Assembly: GCF_006345805.1 (NCBI RefSeq)
Contig: NW_021832606.1
Location: forward strand, 45,668 to 109,667
Direction of reading: 5' to 3'
Length of the DNA stretch: 64,000 nucleotides
DNA from: Octopus sinensis
Lineage: Eukaryota
Shown: piece by piece, positions 10,738-22,511 of the stretch
How the letters are laid out: each line of letters starts with the position of its first letter
Numbering within the stretch: the first letter of the stretch is position 1
Translations under genes and position numbers: made by a program
Notes under the pieces: generated by a model
Database searches by the model: none
What the model saw: the letters and a program-made list of their open reading frames with translations, nothing else
Told to the model about the DNA's origin: nothing

Positions 10738-11932
10738 GATTCATTTAAAATATTAAAACAATTTTAAATTGTTTCAGTAGATACGTCACCCCAACCCATA
10801 TTAACAAACAAAATTGCATCTTTTAATGTTAAATTTTGTATAAATTGTATACAGAAACATTTTTAGTTTCGAGTAAATCATTTAAGTATTGTAGCTTTCT
10901 TCTCATGAAATGAGTTTTGAATGTTTTTATAATTCCGATAGTAATCCAGTAGAATTGTAGTAAAAATAAAATCTTAATACAATCCAAGTTTTGAAGAAAA
11001 CAATGTGCAGGACAGTGGTCTATTAATAATAAAATTTTCTTCTTTTTAATTTTAAGCTGAATATTAAGCTAAAAATCCATTCAATAAAAATAGATGAGGT
11101 CATCTAAGATTTCTGTGAGCTGTAATGAGACTAGACATCCATAGTCAAAATTTCTAAAGAATCTAGGCATTTTTGATTTTTAAAACTGGTTTTAATTTAT
11201 GACTTCCGGTCATATTTGAAAAAGCATAATAGACACACGGTCTTTAAAATTTTTATATTCTTGAATCAATTTTTAGATATGCTTTACGGTGGAATAAGCT
11301 TGTAGTATTGTGCAGTTTCATCCAGATCGGTTAAAGGTTCCATGCATGCGGATGTCTTAATCGGCCATAAAACAAAAATGGGGTGACAAGATAGAGCAGA
11401 AGAGACACATGACTTTGTCTGGATTAGTTAGTTCTTTGGTAAAATGTTCTCTTTCTGTCTTATTTTTTGTTTACATTTGCGGTAGGGCTATTTAACGATT
11501 CAGATAATAGATTTGATCAGTCTTATACAATTTAGCAATTTCTTAAAATTCTTGACGAAAAGAATTAATGCCAATTACTTTATCAGTTCGCATCTATCTG
11601 TGTAATTTTAGCATTCTAAAATCATGCCTCTTTTTGAATTTTGCCAGAAATCCGTTATAATTTTTAAAGTAGTAACTCTTCGGCAAAATGCGCAGCCTTA
11701 CACGATATTAAAAAATCATTCAAAAAACCGATAGAAATTAATACTTTTAGACTCTATTGTATCCATCTATTCGACCAATTTTTCTTTAAGCGTAGGAAAT
11801 TTTGGTTTGTGAGCAGCTTTAAAAAAATTTGGATAGATTGTCGAATCCCGTATAATAGACATTCAGGCTAATCAAAAAGATACACTCGAATATCGAATCA
11901 TCACATTGTTGAATAGTATAAAATAATCATAA

Positions 11933-13675
11933 CTATCCCTTAATAACTGCAACGGGACACAACTTGACACACTTATTGCTGATTTTAGCCGCATGACACG
12001 TGTCGACGACAGCTGACACATCCTTATATGACTCGGGGGCCTCCTCCATCACCAGCTTGGGAGAGGCAACACGGACGGCTATCCCCTTCCGCCTCATCGC
12101 CTCCAAAACGTCCTCAAACGCCAAACACCTCCTGGCCTTGGAGCGGGAGAGAGCCCTGCCCTGCACACTCACACACAAGGCAGACCGCCCCGTGACATGT
12201 CGTCCCAAATGTCTCCTCAAACCCCGTGTCCGTGCCCGTGAGGACATAACTGCATGTCCCCATCGTCCCCCCTATCAGAATGGGCTGGCCAGTCAGCTGA
12301 TAGTCCACGGGGATGAGAGGGTGGTGTGGCGGGAATGCCCTCGTCGACCCCTTCCGATGGACCAACAACTCCATTTGTTTGCCCTCAACCACATGTTCTT
12401 CCAACTTGGCAATATTGTGGGACACATCGTACACCACGTGCATATCCAAATCATCCGCGGTGGTCGAAAATACTTTAGAAAATGCCTCCGACTAGTCCAC
12501 CACCACAACCTGTCTGGCCAGGAATGTCATGGTCGACCGATTGACCCAGGCATAGTTGGCAGCCCCCGCCATGGCCTTCAAATAGTCCTGTCCTTCCGAC
12601 GAGTGGATTCTCGCACACGCCAACTGTCGGTCATTCACCTGAATATTGTCCCGCCGCATTGACTTGTCCATCTCCACCAGGGCGTCTACAGTCAGTGGAG
12701 GACACACCTGTGGCCACTTGGTGACCCAATCCTCGACTCCCACTGTGAATCATCACACAGATCTGCCCCACTCGCCCAATCCCCATCTTCGAGGCACTCC
12801 ACTTGTCGTATATCTCCTCCACACACTGAATCTCCGCGTAGTGATTCCCAGCCCCCAATGTCCCCAACTGAGGCAGTCCCCTCTTCTTTGCCTTCGAACT
12901 GACCTTTCCCGGGTCTGCCTGCAACATCCGCCCACTTTCCTCGCAATGTTCCTTGTCCTCTGCCCACGAATAGCCTTGTCGGACACTCCAATCCATCCCC
13001 ATCAGCAGAGAATCCTCCAAATCTCTGGGATTAACCAGAATGGCACTTTGGAGTCATTGGGACAATTCCACGTGACCCCACCCCCACTGGGATGTGGTCG
13101 AACAGTGCTTGGGCCAGTTGTTCCTTCACTGGTTCCACGTCCTCCACGCTCAGATTGGTTCGTATTAGCCGAATTCCGCAGTTTATGTCGAAACCAACTC
13201 CGCCGGGAGAAACGACTGCTTTTTCGTCTTTCACGTCGAAGGCTGCCGTGTTTCCTAGTGGGTTATTTGTTTTTTAAACCAATTGCAAATCCATATCCGG
13301 AATGGACGTCTGGGAGTCCTATTGACCTCTAAAATAATAATGCCCCACATCGAACAAAATAATTTAAATATTTATTAAATTAATTTTTGTATAAAATAAA
13401 TAACTTACCCCTACAATTCCTGGAAGGGATGCGACATTGGCTATTTGCTTGATGGAAGGCAGGAACCCCCCGACTCCTTCGTACTGGCAGAAATGTCTCA
13501 ATTCTGACAAAACCAACTCTTCGAGTGATTTGTTGACGTAGAGGAGACCTTCCACCTATTTGTGAAGGGGGTTAATAACATTCATGTTGGGCTGCATTCC
13601 TTTCAATATACGCCAGGAATAATTGTTCTTCTTTTCTAGATATTTAAGTTCTTCCTCGTATGTGCGCACAACCAT
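11933..13675 (-). CDS. RTCB: RNA-splicing ligase RtcB
   Basis: [10 protein letters not shown] start, [63 protein letters not shown] and VAVIKG* end. Seven introns of 24, 80, 25, 22, 22, 24 and 25 nt. Confidence 0.97.
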
Positions 13676-14366
13676 CAAGACCACGACATTTTATTATAAA
13701 TAAATATTTTCATTTTAATTAAATGAAAAAATAATTTTCAATATCTACAGGTTTTGAAATTTCCACCAAATACTTTTCCACGTTTATTTGAAGTTCTGTT
13801 TTTATTTGAAATTCGTTTATTTGAACCACTCAATGTTAGAACTTTTGGTAGAACAATGAGTAATGGAGTATATTGTTGAAACAAAACAATCCCAATTAAA
13901 TCATATGTGACATTCGTTACGCATGGGCTACATTTTTTGACCTTATAGATTCAAAATCTGATTACCACAAATATTATTTTTATATACCAATTCAATATGG
14001 CGTCGTTGAGTTGACTCTGACTACTCTCTCTTACCTACCCTATCTGGCATCTAACCTTAGTCTTAAATTCCATATAACGCCAGGAATCAAAAATGGCGGA
14101 TTCGAGAGAGTTTACTTCAACTATTTTTTGTATTGATTTAAATTATTTTTGTTCATGTACTTCAATAATATAAAAAGTTGCTTTTAACGTTGGTGAACCT
14201 AAACCGATTGCAAAAATTTTTAGCATTCTACATTTGATTCGCGTAATGGTTTTTTAGAGCAGTCTTTCTCAACACTTTTTTAATTGTGACTCCCAAAATG
14301 CTCCAAAAAAATTACAGAGACCCCCTATATCAATTTTATCTTAATCAAGAATTGAATCAAATCTAA

Positions 14367-14833
14367 TAATTATAGGGTTTTCGGATCAATATAATAATTT
14401 TTCGAACCAATATAATAACTTTTCGAATCATATAAAAATTTTTCGAACCAATATAATAATTTTTCGAATCAATATAATAATTTTTCGAATCAATATAATA
14501 ATTTTTCAAATCAATATAATAATTTTTCGAATCAATATAATAATTTTTAAATTCAAAGAAATTCAAAGAAAAAAAGATCAAAAAGAGTAAATTATCGTTA
14601 TTCTTGAATCACTTCAGAATTTGAGCATCTATTCAAATACGTTAACATCTTTCTGTAGAAGGATCCGCAATGTTCACTTGTTAAGCTTTATCATTATGCA
14701 AAGCTTCCAGATTTCTAAAATTTGTTGCATATTGTCTTCTGCTTTCTATAGTTGAAACTGAGTTTCTTCTTGGTTCGAACAATTATTATATGATTCGAAA
14801 AATTATTATATTGATCCGAAAACCCTATAATTA
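14367..14833. mobile_element. MITE-like element with long TIRs and subterminal 21-bp tandem repeats
   Basis: taattatagggttttcggatcaatataataattt at 14367 is inverted at 14800-14833. About 8-9 copies of caatataataatttttcgaa(t/c) on the left and 2 inverted copies on the right. Confidence 0.8.
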
Positions 14834-15266
14834 AGCTGCCTAATGGACTTTTGTTTTTGCATTTTAGAGATTAAAATATTAATGTTCGGTTTTGTCTCAG
14901 ATAGGCATACGCAAATCATCTACTTTAAGACGGTTTCGATACTTTGACTTTTATTATGCAAGATGTGACATTGGCATTTTTCACATTTTATAACTTCTCT
15001 GATGCTATTGAACTGAGTAGTGGATATACAGTTCTTAGTTTTTAAACGATGTCAATGCACTTTGGGAACTTTTTAATTCAAAAAGGGATTCTTGAGTTTT
15101 GAGATTGTCATCCACATTTATGGGAGAAAGGAAGAGATTTACAATCCAATCAGGAACAGAATTTTGTACAGGAAAATAATTTTCAAATTTTTCAACAAGA
15201 TTTGCATGATGTTCATCAATAATTTCCAATAAAGAATTATCGGATCTGTATTTTTATAAAAAGTTT

Positions 15267-15592
15267 CAGCACGAGGATACATTGATATATTTAATTTCAA
15301 ACCTTCCTTCCTTCCGGTCTTAGCGTGGTCTTAGTGTGGCGTTATGGGGTCCACCATGTCAGTTGGAAAATTCCATTCGGATATGGCAACGCTCAGGAGG
15401 CACTTAATGCCTACCGAAAAAGGACTTCTAGATCTCTGGCCCTGGGACATCGTCGTCTCAGTCCGTTCATTGTGGGCAGGATCGAACCTTTCAGAAAAGA
15501 TCTCCCTTGCATGAATCGGGGGATCACGGGGATTATAATTAACTGGCTTACCCTGGTCCTTTGGTCAATAAAAAAGTGTTAAAAAGTGTTAA
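15267..15592 (+). mobile_element. Longer copy of the SINE-like retroposon
   Basis: Ends AATAAAAAAGTGTTAAAAAGTGTT. Candidate TSD AAAAAGTTT at 15258-66 and 15593-601. Distal half homologous to 8300-8441. Confidence 0.62.
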
Positions 15593-16629
15593 AAAAAGTT
15601 TATTTCTCCACAATATAATTTATTTTTGAATGCAATGATTTTTCATTTAATTCAATTGAAGACATATATTTGCTCATAAATTTATAAATATAGTTAACTT
15701 TGCAAAGATAAATTAAAATCATTCAAAATAGAAAAAAATGTCGGTTAGATAGAATAATTTTTTTGGAATTTCATTAATTTGAATAAATAAAAATGATGAT
15801 TATCTTTCAAAAACATTGGAATAGCATCAGACAACTCAACAACTCTTGTCAAAGTCTTTCCCGGGAAAGTCATCTGACTTCTGAATGATATAACAAAATT
15901 GAATGTTCTGAACCAAGTTCTTGTGACAGCTTTTGAAAAATTTCATGACTAACTGCTCTTGAACAAATAGTATTAATTATTTTTATCATTTGATCAAGGA
16001 CAATCTTCTTTTTTACATGTGCAACAAATCCTGATCGATATCCAGGTATTGAAGGAGCTCCGTCAGTACAAATTGATCCGAATTTATTCTATTCAATAGA
16101 ATTAAGTTCTACAACAAAAATATCCTAACCTCGTCTTCTTCCATTAAGTTCGATACAAAAAAGAAAATCCTAAACGATCTAGTTTGCCTATATAAAAACT
16201 ACAAAAGAAACCAACTGACAAATCCAAGTTATATCGATCGATTTATCGAACTGGATGCTTTTCAGGAAAGAACTGCAGTTAATACGATGAACAATCTGAG
16301 ACAAGATGTCACCAGAAATATCTTGAATTCTTCGAGAAATTGTATCATTTGACAAAGAGACCTCCTTGAATCTAAATATAGAATCGGAGCCAAGTAAAAT
16401 TTTGGTCATTGAAATAATAGAAGGTTTTATTACAAGTTTCTAGGAATGCAAATATAGATTTGTGAAAAAGATCGAGAATTTTACAATAATCTAGATTCAC
16501 TTGATTGTTAAAAATTTTACTTCTTTTCTGAATGAAAAGTTTCATTTAGATCTTCAAAAGGTACCAATGGCCTGACTGAAAAAATAATTAATCTTAATAT
16601 TTTTTTGTAAAAATACATTATTCTTCGAG

Positions 16630-17140
16630 ATACTTCACAGGATCGGCTCAAGCAGAGGGAAGTTGAAAAGTATCACAAGTATGATCTACTGGCAAGTGAG
16701 CTTTCGCTTCTGTATAGTTGTAAGTTAAAATAATTCCTGTGGTTATGAGATGGGATGAAGTTGTCTCGAAATGCTTCAAAAATTATATGAAGAAACTATC
16801 TATTGGAGCAGGAACGAGGACATACATCCAATCCGTTGTACTGAAAAGAACGCTCGAGAGTATGATGATCGAACACAAGCACGGAATGAAGGTATCTGGT
16901 GAAGAATACGCTTTTGTTCCAACCGGCTTGTGGAGATGGCATGCAAAAATGAAGACAACCTAATGAATGCTAAAGAAGATGCAATGGTTAAATCAGATGT
17001 GGTAATGGGGAGTAAGAGACAGCTGGAAATAGGCTCTTCTTCCAAGAGAAGGAGAGTGGATATCAGCAAGCTGGAGTGAGATCTGTTTAGTTTCTGATTT
17101 ACTATTAATTTATTATTGTTCATTGTTGCGTTTAGAAGAA
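16630..17140 (+). mobile_element. 3' end of RLE-type (R4/R2 group-like) non-LTR retrotransposon
   Basis: EKYHKYDLLASEL...IIPVVMRWDEVV...YIQSVVLKRTLES, the tail of a restriction-like endonuclease domain. Similar to 24900-25430. Confidence 0.65.
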
Positions 17141-18218
17141 TAGGTTCTTCAAGTTAATCTATTATTAAAATAGTATCATTTGTTCAAGGTTAAGATTTGT
17201 CGGACTGACCTTCAGGTCAATGACAGCCTGAATCGATCTACACATATATTTTGACTTCCTAATTCTTATCTGGTTTAAAAAATTAAGATTTTCCAAAGTA
17301 AAATATAATCGGTTGCCCACGTCACATATTACGACAATCATTTTTATTTACAAAAATTTACAGAAATAAATATAATCCCCCGGGAAAAGTCAATGGGAAC
17401 TATTCCGAGACCAACTGTCTTCTCGGTCAAGAATACGACGACTTTATTAGAGACCATCTTGCTCAAAAAATAAACCCACAAATCAAACTACTGTCCTTTT
17501 ATGAAAGTCAGTTAGTGTCCTAAATGTGCTTTTGATTCCTCAAAAAGTACATAGAAAGGAATTTTTGACATAATAATACTTTATCACTACATCTAATATC
17601 AATGGTGTCACTAAAAACCGCATTTTTGATTTAAATTATAGTTCTGAATAAACTGAGTGCATTTAATGGAGAATCAAATCCAGTCATGATTTTTACCAAA
17701 AAAAGCCGAACAGCGTCCAGTTTATTGGCTAAACAAATCCTCAATTTACTTGAAATCCGATAGATCCAAGAATATTGACAGGTCACTTGTGTTAGTCATC
17801 AATCAATCAAAAACAAAAAAGGCGGAGTTTCTTTCAATAAGAAATGTGACGCGAGCATGTTCGTTCGAACTGAGCAAAATCAATCATATAAACACAATTG
17901 TTTCAATTTAACTTTGATTAATGACCTCGAAGAATTAAATTATCATAATTACTTTTTATCTCAAGTTACAAATCCATTCACATTTTTGAAAATATCTTAT
18001 CCAGCAAAATCAAAGATAAAAAACAATTCAGAAATGATCAAATTACTGTTTCGATGAAACAAACAAATTAAATTAGCGAAACATCCAGCAGAGAAGCTAT
18101 TGATTTTGACAATATCGACAAAACAGACTGCTACTAAGGACTAATTAAACTTGAAACGAACCAAATAAAACTGCCACAAGAGTAAAGAAAAGAATAATAT
18201 TAAGAAACATTTGTCATA

Positions 18219-18569
18219 TTAATTGACAGCACAACATGAGTTATTTGTTCTCCTCTTTTTTTGTTTTTTTGGAAGAGGATTTACTGCATTTTCATCAGGG
18301 GGGTTTTGAGAGGCGTCATTCTCTTCTGCGGGCTTTTCTATCACCTGGATTTGGTTCGAAGATGAACCCTCGGATTGGTCATTAGGCAATTTTGACTCAG
18401 TTACCGGTTCTTCTACAAAATCTACACGAGAAATGCTGTTCCTCTGCATTTCTGGAGCCACCTCGGCCAAAACAAATTTTCCGTCTTTAAAATTATAATT
18501 TTGGAGGACGCCCTCTGACTCAATGTCCAGTTCTTTGCCAGCTCGGAAGGGATTTTCGTTTGAATTCAT
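18219..18569 (-). CDS. Small acidic/disordered protein with polybasic C-terminus and CC-aaX end (extra 5' exons possible)
   Basis: Uninterrupted ORF MNSNENPFRAGKEL...PKKQKKRRTNNSCCAVN*. Divergent from the AsnRS gene. Confidence 0.6.
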   Translation of the reverse strand: MNSNENPFRAGKELDIESEGVLQNYNFKDGKFVLAEVAPEMQRNSISRVDFVEEPVTESKLPNDQSEGSSSNQIQVIEKPAEENDASQNPPDENAVNPLPKKQKKRRTNNSCCAVN

Positions 18570-18823
18570 TAACAAAAAATGACTACCACTAGAAATTAAA
18601 AGAATGACAAATTAGAGGGTTTAAACAATATTACATTCCAATTGGCTAACCACCAAAATTATATTTATAAATTCAATATTAATAATTAATAAAAAATATA
18701 TAAACACGGAACATTATTACTTAATTACAAAACAACCTACAACAGACAGTTTATTGAATAAGACACGCGGTGATAAATATGAATTTTAAAAATAATATTA
18801 AATTGAATAAAATTTATTATAAC

Positions 18824-20504
18824 ATGTTTAATGGTTGTGTTTATGAATAATTTTAGTCCGAAATTGGCCAATTCGTAATTTATTCACATCAATAAGTGAA
18901 ATACTCTCCAAATCAGTTCAACAAGACTGTTCGAATGAATTGATCACAGTCCAGGTAGATCAAAGTAAAACATCAAAGGGATGGGTCAAGTATGTCCGCA
19001 AATTCAGATCCCACACTTTCCTGCATATAAACGACGGCCATAGCCACAACAAACTTCAAATCGTAGTCCAAGACCCCCACCTCAAAGAGTTGGTCCTCAG
19101 TTCTCTATTTAAAGGGAAGGTCTGTACGGATCTGCGGTGAGAGTGACCGGCCGTCTTATTCGGAGTGTCGGTTCTAAACAGTTTCTTGAACTTTTGGCTC
19201 AAGATTTTGAGTGTCTTGGCAGAAATGACTCGAAGGTTTAATTTATAGTTCAAAACAACAGAACTACCCACTTTACGCCTCCCAGGCTTTATCAGTCGAC
19301 TATTTAAGAAACTTCCCTCATCTCCGGCCCAAAACTGATTTGTTTTCGTCGATTTTACGTTGCCGCAGTGAATTGACGTGGCTCACCCACAATTACTTCA
19401 AAGTATTAGTCGGCCCATTATGTAGAAACACAACTTTGTGCTCATAAATTGTCCCGTCCTCACCAGAAACGACTGCGAGGGGGGCAGCAACGTGTTCTCG
19501 GTCGAGGGATGTCCCGTCTCCCAGGGCGAGACCTCAAATAAAAGATTTTTTGAATTTTTGGTCTATTTGACTGTTTCTAGTCAACTCCACCTCGAGTCAC
19601 TGATGACGTAACAATACAATTTGAGGGTTAAGGTCAGTTTCCAAGGTTTATTGCCTTGGTCCTGTGTTCCGGGCAGATTATTCGGACAGTAGTCGACATC
19701 ACTTGGCAGAATTCTACATGCTTGAGGCCGAAATGGCATTTCTGGACTCCTTGGAACAACTAATGAGCGTTGTGACTCTCATTGTTAACATAGTTTGTCG
19801 AAAATATGATTTCTGTCATATCTTCTCAGCTGATTGCGTCTGTGGAGAACGACATGGCCACCATCAGCGCACACCACGACTCAGTCAAAGGTACCACTGT
19901 CTCACAAAAAAGGCAAAATTGGCCGATATGTCCAAGTCCCGTATCCGAGGTTGGTAGACTCGGTTTTTTAAATTGAGGGTCTCCTATGACCAAGTTCTGG
20001 CAATTCTCAGTACATCAAATAATAGATTTAAAAGACAAGTTCGGGTTAGTTTGGTGATTGAATTTTTGTCGTAGAAGGGGGTCGACATTTCGAAGGAGCA
20101 CGAAATGTTTTTGTGTGACTATTTTGGAGGATCACCCGTGTTTATAACTGATTTTCCAGCCGAAATGAAATCATTTTATGTCAAAAAGTCCCCAACCGGC
20201 CTAGTTTGTCTTCTAAACGTTTTTGTAGGCTTTGGCGTTTGATTTAGTGGGGCCTGATGTCGGGGAGATTGCTGGAGGTTCTCTTCGGGAGATGGACGAG
20301 GATGAATTGTTGGGAAGGATGGACGGGTTTGAGGAACAGACGAGGCAGAATTTGAATTGGTACCTGGAAATGAGGCGACATGGCTGTCCTCCTCACGGGG
20401 GCTTTGGACTGGGAGTGGAAAGACTTCTGCAGTCTTTTCTGGGAATAAAAAACATCAGAGACGTCACCCTATTCCCCCGTTATTCTAATTCGTGTGTTTT
20501 TTGA
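18824..20504 (+). CDS. NARS2: Asparaginyl-tRNA synthetase, mitochondrial type
   Basis: Short basic presequence-like start, then OB-fold TVQ|GWVK..RK..FLHINDG, motif 2 FRAD.SDSSRHHLAEFYMLEAEMAF and motif 3 HGGFGLGVERLLQ...IRDVTLFPR. No N-terminal extension of the cytosolic enzyme. Confidence 0.9.
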
Positions 20505-20717
20505 TATCATCCAATAATATTTTTGGTGTAATAAACCTGGGGTCGGCAAATAGTTTTGGAGAAAAACCAATTTTTGACATTTTTGGAAATTTCGACAAAT
20601 TGAAGAGCCGTTTTTTACCACTTTTCCAAATCAAATATTTAAGAATCCAAATTTAAAAAATAAATATGTTAGAAAAGTGACCCCAGTTTGAGTCCCGTAG
20701 TCAATTTACATTATTAC

Positions 20718-22497
20718 TAGGGCAATTTTTTTTTAACCTAAAAACTTCGATTTTTTAACCTAAAAATTTTAACTTTTTAACCTAAAAATAACCAAATTTT
20801 AACCTATAAAACAAAAATTTTAACCTAACAAATTTTAACTTAAGAATCATTTATTATACAAACATATAACATAATTCTCTATATTTTCAATATTAAAATT
20901 TCTGTTATCCCTCATAAAGTTTTTAATTTGAGAGAAGCATCGTTCTATGGAAGAGGATGAAGGCTGACACTTTAAAAGCATACAATATTCTTCAGGAGAA
21001 ATTGATGAATTTGTCATTCTTATAATTTGACATAAATCATTTTTTTGTAATCGTTCATTCAAATATTTTTCAATTATATCTGATTCGTCGTCAAATTTTA
21101 AATTCTTTAGCTCATTGTAAGCTAACTCTATTGAGGAGTGAGAACTTTCAAATTTGCACAATAATTCTGCTATTATTAAACTAGTTTTACCTGGAATTGT
21201 CGAATAATTTCTAACAATAGAACTTAAGCTTTTTACTAGAGATTCATCTCTTAGGCTATTTTTTGCAGCCTGAACAATGATTCCATCATCAGGAATTGTT
21301 TTGAAAATGTTTATCACATGTATTAAATTTTTTGCATAATAAAATGCAGCAGTTAGCCAAGTACCCCATCTAGTTAAAACTACATGAGGTGGAATTCCAA
21401 TTTCATTAAATAGTCGTTTTCTCTTGTTATTTTTTGTTATTGCCGCTTGAATTGATGCAATAAGAGAATCAATTTCAGGATAAATAGTCCTGATTTTCAT
21501 TGAACAATTATGCATCAGATGAGCAACACAAGTTACGTGAAATAACCTTGAATATAAAAGCTTAAGAACTTTTCCAGCTATAATTATATGTTAAATTAAA
21601 ACCTGCTAGCATATATTTAGCGGAATCTGTTATTAGGAGAAGGAAATTTTGTCTTTCAATTAAAACGCATTTAATCGTATCGTCAACAATTTGAATAATT
21701 GTTTCTTTGGTAGAAGTTTTATCAATTTTTACGAAAGAAATCAAATAAGTTTTATCGGGATTTTTAAGTATCCCCATTAAAACTGCAACAAATTTTTGAC
21801 TACGAATAGTGACCTCGTCACTTATGGCGAATACAAGTTGATTTCTAAAAAATTATATATTCATAAACCTAAACTTTTCTTGAAATAATACAATATATTC
21901 AGTTTTCAATTGTTTAACGCACATTCTTGCTTTGTATTGGGAAGGAAGAGGCAAAGAAGTATTCTTGAATAAATTCTTTAGAGGAGGCATAGTCAATTTA
22001 TGCAAGGGTATATCGCATTGAATAAATGCTTTAGTGACTTGCATTGACCAGTCATCATTGGGTAACTCGTCCAAACAAGGCTGATAGAAATTATTCTCTA
22101 AAAATTATATTAATTTGTAAAAACTTAATAAATTTGAGTGCTTCTTCGATTCTCGGTGAGAATTCACAAAATGCTTTTTCTCACACCTGACTGTGCATAA
22201 GCAAAGTTGACATTGCAACTCGCCATTCTCTCGTAATAAAAACTCCAGCGGATATTCAATAACAATTTTTTTTGCCTTAAAATACATTGTTTTTGCAGTT
22301 CTTGGCATACTAAACACCCACGCGCTATTTTAAATAAAGTTAAAATTTTTAACTTTATAAAAAAATTTTTTTAACTTTTTTAACTTTATTTTTTTCTTTA
22401 ATAAGTAACTATTTCATTTAAAAAATACTTTATTTTTACTTTTAAGCCAAAATACACATTTTCATATATTTTAACTTTTTTAACTTAAATTGCCCTA
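20718..22497 (-). mobile_element. Full-length hAT element (DUF659/CGGBP1-like transposase, frameshifted)
   Basis: TIR TAGGGCAATTT at both ends and 8-bp TSD ATTATTAC (20710-17, 22498-505). BED-like CQLC...H...H, ITDSAKYM, TRWGTW and SSSIERCFS. Subterminal ttttaacct and ttttaactt repeats. Confidence 0.92.
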
Positions 22498-22511
22498 ATT
22501 ATTACATATTA

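Larger units (their letters stand above)
14260..16430 (-). mobile_element. hAT (Buster/Charlie-like) transposon relic, 3' terminus retained, 5' end lost, two nested inserts
   Basis: Terminus CAGTCTTTCTCAAC at 14260 next to TTTTAGAG. LSNDTISRRIQDI, QFDKSIDI, CTDGAP, FENYFP and KYRNRL motifs on the minus strand. Confidence 0.8.

Noticed and set aside
10750-11930. Possible gene downstream of RTCB
   Set aside because: AT-rich, no coherent frame or motif; looks like decayed repeat sequence.
12000-13332. Long plus-strand ORFs opposite RTCB (also opposite MRE11, SAMM50 and the LINE)
   Set aside because: Antisense shadows of GC-rich coding sequence with no recognisable motifs.
14363-14581. ORF with KNYYIDS repeats
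   Set aside because: Translation of the 21-bp subterminal repeats of the MITE.
15430-15560. tRNA gene or self-cleaving ribozyme in the SINE-like repeat
   Set aside because: Only a B-box-like motif; no cloverleaf, hammerhead core or HDV L3 consensus could be built by eye.
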